Positions 52,814 through 64,000 of a DNA stretch of 64,000 nucleotides are shown in pieces. Within the stretch, counting starts at the first letter, position 1; every line of letters starts with the position of its first letter. This DNA is from Octopus sinensis (lineage: Eukaryota), in assembly GCF_006345805.1 (NCBI RefSeq), contig NC_043005.1:42656001-42720000 (forward strand), given 5' to 3'. The notes below the pieces were generated by a model, which searched no databases, was not told where the DNA came from, and saw only the letters and a program-made list of their open reading frames with translations. The position numbers and the translations under genes were made by a program.

Positions 52814-53287
52814 AGTCTTTATTTGTCGTTTCTCTTATATAAACCGACACATAGGCACAGTAAGAGATATGCGGGCAGGAGTATATATAGTACAGCACTA
52901 GTATCAAGAGAGAGAGGGGGAGGGAGAGTGTTAGGGAGAGAGAGGGAGAGACAGAGGGAGAGAGAGATTATAAAAGTGAGGGGAAAGAAGGCAAGATAAA
53001 AGGACCGAAAGAAGAAAGGAAGGAAAAAAGAGAGAACAAGATAGAGGGAAGGAAAGAAAGAAAGAAAGAAGGAAAGAAAGAAAGAAGGAAAGAAAGAAGG
53101 AAAGAAAGGGAAAAGGAAGTGGAGCAGATGAATTCATCTTTTGCTTCAGTGTCTGAAGATTGTGTCAATGAATAATTATCATGATGAAGTAGTTGTTGTT
53201 GTTGCTTTTGTTGTAGCAACATCTGTAGCAGAAGTAATAGATGCTTTTGCAGCTGAAGTGGTGGTCGTCGCAGCTGTAGTAAGGCCA

Positions 53288-53405
<118 letters not shown>

Positions 53406-54863
53406 GAATTTGAACCTGGAGATCTCCATTTCCAGCGACTTCGAGGGCCACCTCCCAGTGATGTCGGGCGTCAACGAAGAGTCATCGACTACAACAAGAC
53501 GACCAAAGTTGTTTTTTTTTTCCAAGGTCTGGGGTCTCCCGCCCCTAAGCCCTATACCATCACCCTTACCCGTGTTGTTGCTTACAACAACAACAACAAC
53601 AACAACAGCAACATTTATAGTTATCGCAGCAGGGGCAGTGTTTATGTCAGATGTAGGACTTGCATGTAGCGATCTGATGACATCTACTGCCGAGACGTGA
53701 GCCAAGACCGAAGACTACGTCGTAGTAATTAGAAGTCAAAGCTCCCTCAAATCAAACCCTAAAGCTTTAGAAAACAAAAACCCACACTGGATAATGTAGT
53801 CCTGTCCATAAGAAAGATATAGAATGGTCACGGCTGGAGTGCCTTTCTTCATAGGTCAGCTCAATTGGTTTTCACAAAATCTGCCAAGACTGGCAGCTAA
53901 TCAACTAGATATTTGGACTGTTTATCTCTTTAAGTAGGTTTACAAATTAAAGTAATATTATGCTTCCATTCATCTCACTCAAAAGAAGAAACAAAACACA
54001 CTATATATAAAAAAAAATATAAAAAAAACTTCTCATCTTCAATCAGCCATTTTGCTTCTTCATAGATCTTACACTTCTCATCTTTCAAAGTTATTTACAA
54101 CTACGTCTTTTCCTTTTAACTTTTACCTCCTCTTTTCACAAGGTCATTTTCTTTATGTTGTAAGCCTTCTCCCATTCTTTTTCTTACTCGCATTTTTATT
54201 ATTAATCTATAAAAGGAAGGTTACCCTTCATTTTAATAATTTGTTCCCGTTATTTAATTCTTTTTAGCCTCGCCACACTACACTTTGCTCTCGTCTAACA
54301 GATATATTTACATATTCCTTGAAGTAGCATAGAAGACAGACACATTTTCTGACACGCTTTGATGGTCAAGCGGAACACATGATATACTAAAAACAGGACG
54401 AAACAAATAAACAAACAGAATAATTTCTTTTCATGATAACCGGAGCGTGAAAAAAGAAAAGTTAGCTTTGTAATCAACTTTATACAAGTGACCTGTGGAC
54501 ACGATGACTAACTGATTGTTCTATTCTTCCTTTTGCTTCCGCGTGAACTCTTTTCTCTCCAGCGTTGTTTGAATTTTGCTTAGTATTCTATTAGAACTGA
54601 ATAGTAGCTAACGCCAAGGGCATATCTATAACTGCTTTTAAACCAAGGGCAAACGTTGTCAAGACATAACAGATATCATTATTGCAAGTAAAGCGGTGAG
54701 CTTGCAGAATCGTTAACCGTCGGACAATATGTTCAGTTGCATTTCTTCCGACTTAGAGCGTTCAGAGATCAAATTCCGCGTAGGTCGACTTTGATTTCGT
54801 CTTTTCTGGGTCGATGAAATAAGTACTACTTGAGCACTAGGGTTGATGTATTCAACTTACCCC

Positions 54864-55078
54864 TTATTTCTTTACTACCCACAAGGGGCTAAACATAGAG
54901 AGGACAAACACGGACAAAGGGATTAAGTCGATTACATCGACCCCAGTGCGTAAATGGTACTTATTTAATCGACCCCGAAAGGATGAAAGGCAAAGTCGAC
55001 CTCGGCGGAATTTGAACTCAGAACGTACCGCTAAGTATTTCGCCCGGCGTGCTAGCGATTCTGCCAGCTCGCCGCCTT
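54864..55078 (-). mobile_element. SINE family 3 monomer inserted in the tail of an older, oppositely oriented copy
   Basis: Reverse-complement match to 56783-57014. Confidence 0.88.
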
Positions 55079-55554
55079 ACCCACTCATCCCAGTGTTTCT
55101 GACTCTGTGCCTACAGAATGTAGTTAGTTACCTTTAGCTGAAGTATTTTACTGTTTACGAGTATTGATGATGAGTGTTTTGTATTTTTTTTATTTTTAGT
55201 TCAGTTTTCAGTAAAATGTGATGCCAAGTTACTTTATTAAAGCTCAGTTCCATGTTGCTCTCACTTAAAATTGCCCCGCCCACCACAAAATTAGACATTT
55301 TACCTTCCGACCAGAGTCTATTAAAATAACCATAAGCATAAGGAATATAGAATAATTTATTCATATGCAATTTAAATTGGTGTCCTCTTTTGGCTATACG
55401 CTATTTCTGCGGTTCTCTTTTACAGGACTTCAGTAGTACTGATATTGTTGTAATAGAAATGATATTAGAAATAACAGTTATTCCCGGGATGATGCGATAA
55501 ACGATTATTACGGTTTACTCAATACGCTGTGCTGCTTTTAGTTCTACCTACATA

Positions 55555-55768
55555 TTGCTTGTTTCAGGCAGTAGATTGCGGCCAAGCTGGGACAACTTCT
55601 TGAACAATTTTAGCCGAACGAATAGATCCCATTAGATATATTTTCTGTTAAGCTTGGTATTTATTTTACTGTCTCTTCAGCCGAACTGCTAAGTTACCGA
55701 TACGTAAGCGCACCAAACACCAGTTTTAAACGGTGATGGGATACACACGCACACACACGTCGTGTGTG

Positions 55769-55802
<34 letters not shown>

Positions 55803-56185
55803 TAATAATAATAATAGTATAAATAATATATAAATATATGCATATATACATATATGTACATACCTACATATATATGTATATATACATGCTTATATATGTA
55901 CGCGACATCAAAAAACGTTGAACACAATGAGAAACGAAAACATAAAAACTAAAACATAGAAAAGTACTTTTTTTAACAATATTCCTCTTCATCTGTTGTC
56001 TCTGTTTCATCATACATATATATATACATGGCGGGTTTCTTTCAGTTTTCATCTACCAGATCCACTCACAAGGCTTTGGCAAACCTGAGGTTACAGTGGA
56101 AAATACCTGCGTAAAGTGCCACACAGTGGAACTGAACCCGGAGGTATGTGGTTGGGAAACAAACTTCTTACCATACAGCCATGCT
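55555..56185 (-). mobile_element. SINE family 1, split at its central tract by another repeat
   Basis: Head half at about 56030-56185, tail half at about 55555-55740. Confidence 0.65.
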
Positions 56186-56782
56186 GTGCCCATTTCAAGT
56201 ATTCATTTGAGCGTGATTCCAATATGACAGAATCAATGTCCTTCAAGTAAAGATTTTACCATCATCGTTTACTGTTCCTGAAAACAATACATTCCAAAAT
56301 AATTAAACATTAACATACAACCATGAATGTTTCGGGACGGGGCTGTAAAAAAGCAGGTTAAGTCGACAATTATTGACAGACACAGTTTCACTTACGTACA
56401 GGACACTATTTCATTTGCTACATTATATTACTGGTATTATTTATCGCCTCCTCTCCAAAGCGAACCCAAGGGATTGGATGTGAAGACATAAAATATCTGC
56501 TGAAAAATGAAACTGTTTTCCCTCAAACAATATATATATATTATGTATAATTCTATTTCATAGCGTTACGTTCGTCCGAGAGTCGAAAGACCATTTCTGT
56601 TATTTACTTATTTGTATTCGTATATGTATAATTTTTTTTTCTTTCTATTATACAGCCGAAAGGCATTCTGTCGTATGTGTACAATTCTAGCTTTCTCGCT
56701 TTTGGCTCCGTTCCTGTATTCGTTCTTGTACACATTCGTTTGCCTTTCCCAGAGGATTAATGCTTTTATATTAAATCCCTGG

Positions 56783-57014
56783 AGGCGGCGAGCTGGCAGA
56801 AACGTTAGCACGCCGGGCGAAATGCTTTGTGGTATTTCGTCTGTCGTTACGTTCTGAGTTCAAATTCCGCCGAGGTCGACTTTGCCTTTCATCCTTTCGG
56901 GGTCGATAAATAAAGTACCAGTTTCGCACTGGGGTCGATGTAATCGGCTTAATCCGTTTGTCTGTCCTTGTTTCTCCCCTCTATGTTTAGCCCCTTGTGG
57001 GTAATAGATAAATA
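56783..57014 (+). mobile_element. SINE family 3 monomer, young
   Basis: Perfect 16-bp TSD TATATTAAATCCCTGG at 56767-56782 and 57015-57030. Confidence 0.95.
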
Positions 57015-57879
57015 TATATTAAATCCCTGGCCCCGCCGAATTCGAATAGTATCGGAAATAAGAGGGCGAAACTTCAAAGGCATCCCAAACTTCGACTGAA
57101 GAGGTTATCGGCTGCGGATGATCCATGTATCCTGTGTTTGTCCTGTTTGCCGTGCTGTCGTCCACTTTTCCGCATGTTGTGTTCTTTCTGTTCTACCTTG
57201 TGTGTGTGTGCGCGCAAGCATGGCTGTGTGGTAAGGAGCTTGCTTCCGTTTAGAGACTACGGTCGTTGTTTGGGCTTCGTGCTGAAATTATCGCTGGATT
57301 TACCGTTGGATTATATTGTTACTACTGCCGGTATTGTTGAACTTGTTAGTATTATTTGGTGAACTGTTATGTTTCTCGGTTACGGGAAATAGAAATTGTT
57401 ACAGATTTTCTGTGCCCGGTGTGGAATTGTATATATTTTTCGTTTAAAAAATTGAACTATTTAAAATTCTTTGCAGACTTATTTGTGAGATCCGCCCACA
57501 GCGGGGGCGGGAAATGAACTGTTTTGAACTGTTTTAAACTGCGTCGTACTGTTTTGAACTGTTTTTGAACTGTTGACCTCTTCTTGAGGAGAATTTAAAT
57601 TATTTTATTCTTGTGTTTTCTCTGTTCTTTAGTTACTAATTTCGGCCGAGTATGTCGGTCGAAATTATCTGAGAAAAATGTACTCTCGAAGAGAGTAATG
57701 TTGATGTTGGCAGTAGTGCCAACACTGAGAAGAAATTTTCGGCGATTGCCGCAGTGGCAACAGAAAATATTGATATTCATGTAATAATGCTACAGGAATA
57801 TTTCAAAGAATAAAAAAGGAGGACGGTGATGTGAAAATATCACCCTCCTCCAACACTGTGGATACGGAGAGGAGAACAA

Positions 57880-58659
57880 TTGTGTTTCAAACCTACTGTA
57901 CAGAAAACAGGCGCTTCAAGCACTTTGAAAAGGAGAAAATTGAAAATTGTCTTGCCCCCAATATGGAAAGACATAACTTACATTGCAAGGAGCAAGACAT
58001 ATGGTACGGTGGAGGTGCGTTTTGCCACAGAGGAGATGGCCTGCGGGTACTCTGTGAGCCCACTGAAAACTAAAGAGGTGGTGCTTCTGCCAACCTACAC
58101 GGGGAGACGTACTTCCCGTGTAAAGGTGTCAGAAGTGCCACCAGAAGTGGATCCGAGGGAGGTAATGGAGGCCCTGTTGTTTAATCATATGCTTTGCCCC
58201 CGCCCCCAGAACTGGCTCGGGCAGAGCATCTCGGCAATCATTCAGGGGGCTCAGGAAGATATTGAAATGCTTCCAAACCGGATACTCGTGGGTGACAATG
58301 TTATATTAAAAATCCAAGTGGGGTGTAAAAGACCCACATGTTACGAATGTGGCAAAAAGGGCCACATTCGAGCAGATTGTGAGAAGCGAAAAAAGAAAAT
58401 GGAGCAGAAACCAAGCCCTTCAAGTGTAAAAAACATTCCCACTCCCACCAACACACCAACCCCCACAAAGACAAAAACTCCCACGCCCGATGCTGCGGTG
58501 CCGGTCCCTAAACAAAATAATGAAAACACCCAACCCCTGCACACACAATCCCCTACAAAAACAAAATCACTCGCCCTCTTGAAACCTGAGGCACCTATTG
58601 GAAAAATGAAACTTCCCCAAACGATACCATGGAGGTATCAGAGGGAGAGTTTACTGTAG
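57880..58659 (+). pseudogene. Tx1 ORF1 (gag-like, CCHC knuckle), frameshifted upstream
   Basis: 259-aa ORF with a CX2CX4HX4C knuckle and a Pro/Thr/Lys-rich tail. Confidence 0.85.
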
Positions 58660-59065
58660 TAGGAAACGTACATTGGCACCATCCACATCCACACCCCCTT
58701 CAAAGAATACAAACAAGGCACCACAGACAATAAAAAAAGACCCCACCCAACCGTCCTTGTGGAATAAGACAAAGAAAACATTATTTTGGTAGAATTTAAT
58801 ACAAAAGATAAATATACTAATGATATTGCTGTGGCACATCACACAATAAAATTGTACCCCAACACAAAGACCTGAAAAGTAGGTGCGCCTTGATAGGGGA
58901 ACTTTATACAGAGAATTAAAGAGAAGGCATCCTGCAGCCATCTGGAAGGTTGTAGATTTACTTAAATATCTGAAGAATTAGAAGGAAGGAAGGGACTGAT
59001 TTACGTGTGGTAAAGTTGGCCCCAACTTCTCCAGTGAAGGGCAAGTAGAACCTTTACTTTTAGTA

Positions 59066-60210
59066 ATGACCTTACTTAACCTTGGTTGTTTGAATATGCG
59101 TGGTCTGAGTTCGAAGTGGAAGCAGTCTTGTTTCCTCGACTACCTCAGATTACATGATATACATGTGATGGTTGCTACAGAGACCAAGCTGGACACTCTA
59201 CAAACTTCGCCTCTCCTGAATGTCTAAGAAAATCATGTCACCTGGCCAGACCGGAGGACGAAGGGGTGTAGTGGTACTGATCCGTAAAGGCTTGGCTCTG
59301 CAGACAAATCTATGCGGACCCTGGTCGTCCTTGATGTGACATGCAGCAGTAAGGCCTTCAGGTTGATTGGGATCTACGGACCTTGTGCTAGAGGATTACA
59401 AACTGATTTTTATCGGTGCCTAAAGAACTCTCTCGTGACGTCGAAGACATTAGTGGCATTAGGCGACTTTAACACTATCGTTGACGCACACATCGATAGT
59501 GTTGGCACGACAGGCAGGAAGATAAACTCACGTCTCTTGGATCTGCTTAAGCGCTTCCAGCTGACAGATCGATACAGGCTTCAGCATCGGAACGTCCCAG
59601 AGTGGACCTGGATTAATGGCGACGGAAGGTTCAAGTCTTACTTACATAGGATAGTAATTAGAACTAGAGATAAGGTTAGTTTTAGTTGTCCACAGCTTGT
59701 TCAAGTATCTTACACTGACCATAGAATGGTTAAGTGTAGGCTGAACATAGATAGTACAGTTAAGCGAGGATCTGGCTACTGGAAGCTGAACAAGTCTATT
59801 TTAACATGCGTGGCATAGCGTAGCCGGATTAAGGAACTAGTACAGGGGGCGTTAACCGGCGCCGTGGTTAATAACCGGTGGTGGTTCACCCTCAAAGAGC
59901 CATTCATTTTGTGTCTATTATGTTTAGTCATCAGCTAAGACTAGTAAGGCCAGAATAGAAGGCCAATTAGTTAAGGACTTAGAGGAGGCGTTAAGGTTGG
60001 ACTCTGCATCCCACATTTTGGTAGCGAGAACGGACTTAGACCGTCACCTCAAAGCCAAACACGAGGGGTGCAGAGTTAGGTCTAAAGTGAGAGCATTGGG
60101 CCGTGAGGGAATTAATGTTGCCGAATGGGTCCATACGGTAGAAACCCTGCGTGGCAATGATGCCGCAATTAGGTTTCTGGTTGATGACAATGGGTGTTCG
60201 GTCGATGGAC
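59066..60210 (+). pseudogene. Tx1 ORF2 AP-endonuclease region, disrupted
   Basis: APE motifs as above; in-frame stops and frameshifts. Confidence 0.88.
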
Positions 60211-60324
60211 GGGACTGTTCTTCCTCTTCATATTTTTATTTTAATTGTTATATATCCCCACATGTGTTGTAGTGTCCCTCTCTATGTAATGCCTTTATGG
60301 CAATTTAAAAGAAATAAAGAAGCT

Positions 60325-60655
60325 TCCTTTCCAATGGCATGGTTTCGGGTTCAGTCCCACTGTATGACACTATAGCCCCGGGGCCGACCAAACACTTGCG
60401 AGTGGATTTGGTAGAGGGAAAACTGAAAGAAGCCCATCGTTCGTGTGTGTGTATTCGCCACCATCACTTAACAACCAGTGTTGATTTGTTTGCATATCCG
60501 TAATTTGGCGGTTCTGCAAAAGGAGTCCGAAAGAATAAGTGCCAGGCTCAGAAAAAAAGTCTAAGTACTGGGGTTGACTTGTTCGCCTAAACACGACAAG
60601 GTGGCGCTTCTGCATGGTCGCAGTCCTACGGTTGAAACAAATAGAAGTTAAAAGT
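60325..60655 (+). mobile_element. SINE family 1, diverged
   Basis: CATGGTTTCGGGTTCAGTCCCACTG...GGATTTGGTAGAGGGAAAACTGAAAGAAGCCC. Confidence 0.8.
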
Positions 60656-61091
60656 TATAGCCCGTGAAATCATGGACTAATTCCTATATTTTATAGTAAA
60701 CGATATAATTAACACGTTATTATCATTAACCATTTAATCATTCTTTCTCATTTTGGCACTGGCCAGCAATTTTGAAGTGAGGGGCAGTTCGGTGCAATTG
60801 ATCCCATGATTTGACTGGTTTTATTTTATCGTCTCTGAAAGGATGAAAGGGATAGTTGGTTGCCGCAATATTTTAACTGAAAACGCAATAATGAGACGGA
60901 AAAAATGTCGTACTATATCTTAACTCTATGATATATTGTATAACTTGTACTATATCTTAACTCCTAGAATTTTGTTTTTGATTATTTTTAAGAAAATTAG
61001 CTGCAGTGATTGGAAGAAAAATGCATTTAGAGTAGAGCAGAGAGTTCATTTGATTGTATGCAATAAAGTGAAATAACATTGTTCTTTGACG

Positions 61092-61154
<63 letters not shown>

Positions 61155-61158
<4 letters not shown>

Positions 61159-61368
61159 TAATCCAAACAAGAAAACACAGAAAAAAAACACAGCAACGCG
61201 AGGACGTGGAACAATTAAAGTATTATTTGACGCTCAAGAAAGAAGGGAAGGAGGGTTTAACGTTTCAAGCGGAGCTCTTCGTCGGAAACAAGGAGAAGGA
61301 GAGATCCCGAGAAGGGAAGACAGAGGGGAAAAAATAGTTTTGCTGGTGGTGCTCAAGAGATCACATGT
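61155..61368 (-). mobile_element. PLE pLTR-type module with HHR motif (61255-61289), in (TA)n
   Basis: Homolog of 9303-9497; GUUU-CcGACGA-A-GAGC(UCC)GCUu-GAAA-C-GU-U-AAAC. Confidence 0.72.
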
Positions 61369-61455
<87 letters not shown>

Positions 61456-62149
61456 TGTATGTATGTATGTATGTATGTATGCATGTATGTATATATATTC
61501 TTTTTGTTCGACATTAGGCTTAGAAACCTTCATTACGACTTTAACTTCGTGAACACTGTATTGTCAGTAAACAGCTTATGTAACTGGAATATCGGCAAAT
61601 GCTGTAATGTTTAAATAAGGACGCATGAATATTATTTAGTGATCTGTGATTTCATTGGCTGAATCTCACCAGCTATGTGCTTCTGCTACAAATAAATCTA
61701 TATCTGTGGAAGTAATAAGTATGTACATATGTATTTATTATTAGTGTTAGCGAACAGAACTTCATTTCTTCATTTTTCTTTGCTATCTATCACATAAGAC
61801 CAGAGGCAATGTGTAAGTTTCATAAATTTTATCTATCGAAATATTATTAATCTTGAACTTGGTAACATAGCTGCGAGTCAAAAAGACTTCAGAAAAGAGT
61901 TACAACATGGTATGACATATCTAACTATATATGTTCTAAAAACATACTGCAGATGCATAGCTTTTTTTTTTCTACTTATAGTATACTAAGTACGCACATA
62001 TTTAAACTGTATACAATTACTTTTCTTAAAGAGGCGGCGGTTTTGGGAAAGATTATGCTTCTTTGAACGAAATCTATCGGGTAGACGGTTTATAAGATAT
62101 TCTGCTTTTTATTATTGTCTTTATGATTATCATTAAGTTCAAGACAACC

Positions 62150-63725
62150 AGCTGGCAGGGTCGTTAGCAGCCCTGGTAAAATGCTTAGCAGCATTTCGTA
62201 TGTCTTTACGTTCTGAGTTCAACTCCCTCCGAAGTCGGCTTTCCTTTTCGTCCATTTCAGGGCCGATAAAGTAATTACCAGTTGAACATTTGGGTCGATG
62301 TAATCGACTTAACCCTTCCTTCCAAAATTGCTGGCTTTGAGCTAAAATTTAAGACCATTATTGCTAGTAAGCTGGTAGAGTCGTTAGCGAAGTTGGATAA
62401 ACTATCTAGAGGCATTCATTCCGATTCATTACATTCTGAGTTCAAATTTTACCAGGGTGAAGTTTCCCTTTTATCTTTTCAGTGTCGATAAAATAAAATA
62501 CCAGTCAAGTTCTAGGATCGATGCAATCGACTTGCTCCCTCCCTTTAAGATTACTGACCTTTTGACCTTTTATCAAAATTATAAAGAATTATTATTACTA
62601 TTCTCATGGTTGTGCTCCAGCATGACCGCAACCTAATGACTGAAACAAATTAAAGAATTATAATTAAGACGTCTGGCAGAATAGCTAGAACGCCCAGCGG
62701 TAATTTTTCCCAATCATATGTTCTGAGTTCAAATTCTACCGCACACGACTTTGCTTTCATCCTATCGAGGTCAATAAAATAAATAAGAGTTGAGCAATAA
62801 AGTCGATGTAATTGACTCACCCATTCCCTCTAAAATTGCTCGCCTTGTTTCAAAATTTGAACCTGTCAAATGCTGCCGCGGTATATTTTGCTTTTCATTC
62901 TTTCGGTGTCGATAAATTAAGTAAGGTTGAGCTCTGGGGCCGATGTAATCGATTAATACCCGTCTCCTAAAATTGCTGGTCTTGTGCCAAAATTAGGAAA
63001 TATTTCAATGCTACGAGCGGTCAGAACTGTCAGCATGTTGGACAAAATGCCTTGTAGCATTTATTCTGGCTTTACGCTCTGAGCCCAATTTCCACCGAGG
63101 TCCAATTTGCGTCTCATCCTTTCAGATCGATAAAATAAAGTACCATTTGGGCGATGGAGTCGATGTTTTCGACGTCCACCTCTCTCAAAATAACAGGTCT
63201 TGTGTTTATAGTAGAAAGAATTATTACTATCATATTTCATCAGGCGAGTTGAGAGAATAATTTGCAAGCTGGTCAAAATGCTAGGTAATATTTCTTCCAG
63301 TTTTATATTGTGCGCAAATTTCACCAAGATCGACTTCACTTTTTATCCTTTCAAGGTCGATAAACTAACTGCCAATGAAATATTGGAGATGAATATAACC
63401 AATAAAACCTTTCTCCTTAAAAGGACTAGCCTTACGCTAAAATTTGAAAGAATTATTATCATTAAATCAGTGAAAGAAGCGGCGAGCTGGCAGAATCGTT
63501 AGCATACTGGGCAAAATGCTTAGTGGTATTTCGTCCCTGCAAGCTCGTGGGGGAGAAAATAAGTCGAATACATTGACTCCAGTCCTCAATTGGCACGTAT
63601 TTTGTCGATCCCGAAAGGATGAAAGGCAAAGTTGACTCGGCTGAATTTGAACTCGGAACGTAAAGATGGACCACATACCGCGAAGTATTTTTCCCGGCGT
63701 GCTAGTGATTCTGCCAACTCGCTAT
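62150..63725. repeat. Cluster of about 8 diverged family 3 SINE copies, mostly head-to-tail on +, one on - at about 63555-63725
   Basis: Recurring TTCTGAGTTCAAAT...TCGATAAAAT...GTCGATGTAATCGAC...AAAATTGCTGG blocks separated by short (ATT)n. Confidence 0.85.
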
Positions 63726-63760
63726 TTCAGATCGTATTTTAATATTAAATGGAAAACTGG

Positions 63761-64000
63761 AGCGGCGAGCTGGCAAAAACGTTAGCACGCCGGGCAAAAT
63801 GCGTAGCCGTATTTCTCTGCCGTTACGTTCTGAGTTCAAATTCCGCCGAGGTCGACCTTGCCTTTCATCCTTTCGGGGTCGATAAATTAAGTACCAGTTA
63901 CGCGCTGGGGTCGATATAATCGACTTAATCCATGTGCCTGTCCTTGTTTGTCCCTTCTGTGTTTAGCCCCTTGTGGATAGTAAAGAAATAGGTATTTCGC
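63761..64000 (+). mobile_element. SINE family 3, young; a second unit begins at the window end
   Basis: Ends ...GTAAAGAAATAG|GTATTTCGC, the same junction as the other multimers. Confidence 0.9.

Larger units (their letters stand above)
57400..60210 (+). mobile_element. L1/Tx1-clade LINE, copy C (different family; 5' region retained, 3'-truncated before RT; 5' boundary uncertain)
   Basis: ORF1 with CYECGKKGHIRADC; ORF2 from 59066 MTLLNLGCLNMRGL...ATETKL, LGDFNT, SYLHRI, GSGYWKLN; homology to copy B stops at about 60205. Confidence 0.9.

Noticed and set aside
57030-57130. HDV-like ribozyme at the 5' side of Tx1 copy C
   Set aside because: I could not build the P1/P2/P3/P1.1/P4 nested pseudoknot.
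62150-64000. CRISPR-like array
   Set aside because: Eukaryotic context; the repeats are ~200-bp diverged SINEs with no unique spacers or cas genes.

Overview
AT-rich, microsatellite-dense animal DNA, most likely an octopus (coleoid cephalopod) intron or intergenic region. That assignment rests on my recognition of the SINE families and the repeat load, not on a database search. I could not identify any host protein-coding gene, and most ORF-track entries are translations of microsatellites or SINEs. The window contains: (i) three L1/Tx1-clade LINEs, two of them head-to-tail at 1-7.8 kb with both ending in (ATCT)n and the second starting inside the first one's tract; (ii) R4/Dong, RTE and Penelope-like (PLE) retroelement remnants; (iii) mariner, Tc1-like, hAT and Helitron derivatives; (iv) about 35 tRNA-derived SINE copies or fragments. 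The strongest unexplained signals are four families of minimal type-I hammerhead-ribozyme (HHR) motifs with (near-)palindromic stem III, including a U6 core variant shared by two copies and one motif at the start of a hairpin-rich island; SINE dimers and a trimer each bracketed by a single target-site duplication (TSD), with a fixed internal junction; mix-and-match SINE heads and tails; and an apparent partitioning of microsatellite types among retroelement classes. All structures and alignments were done by eye, and boundaries without TSDs are approximate. Many indels look like long-read consensus errors.
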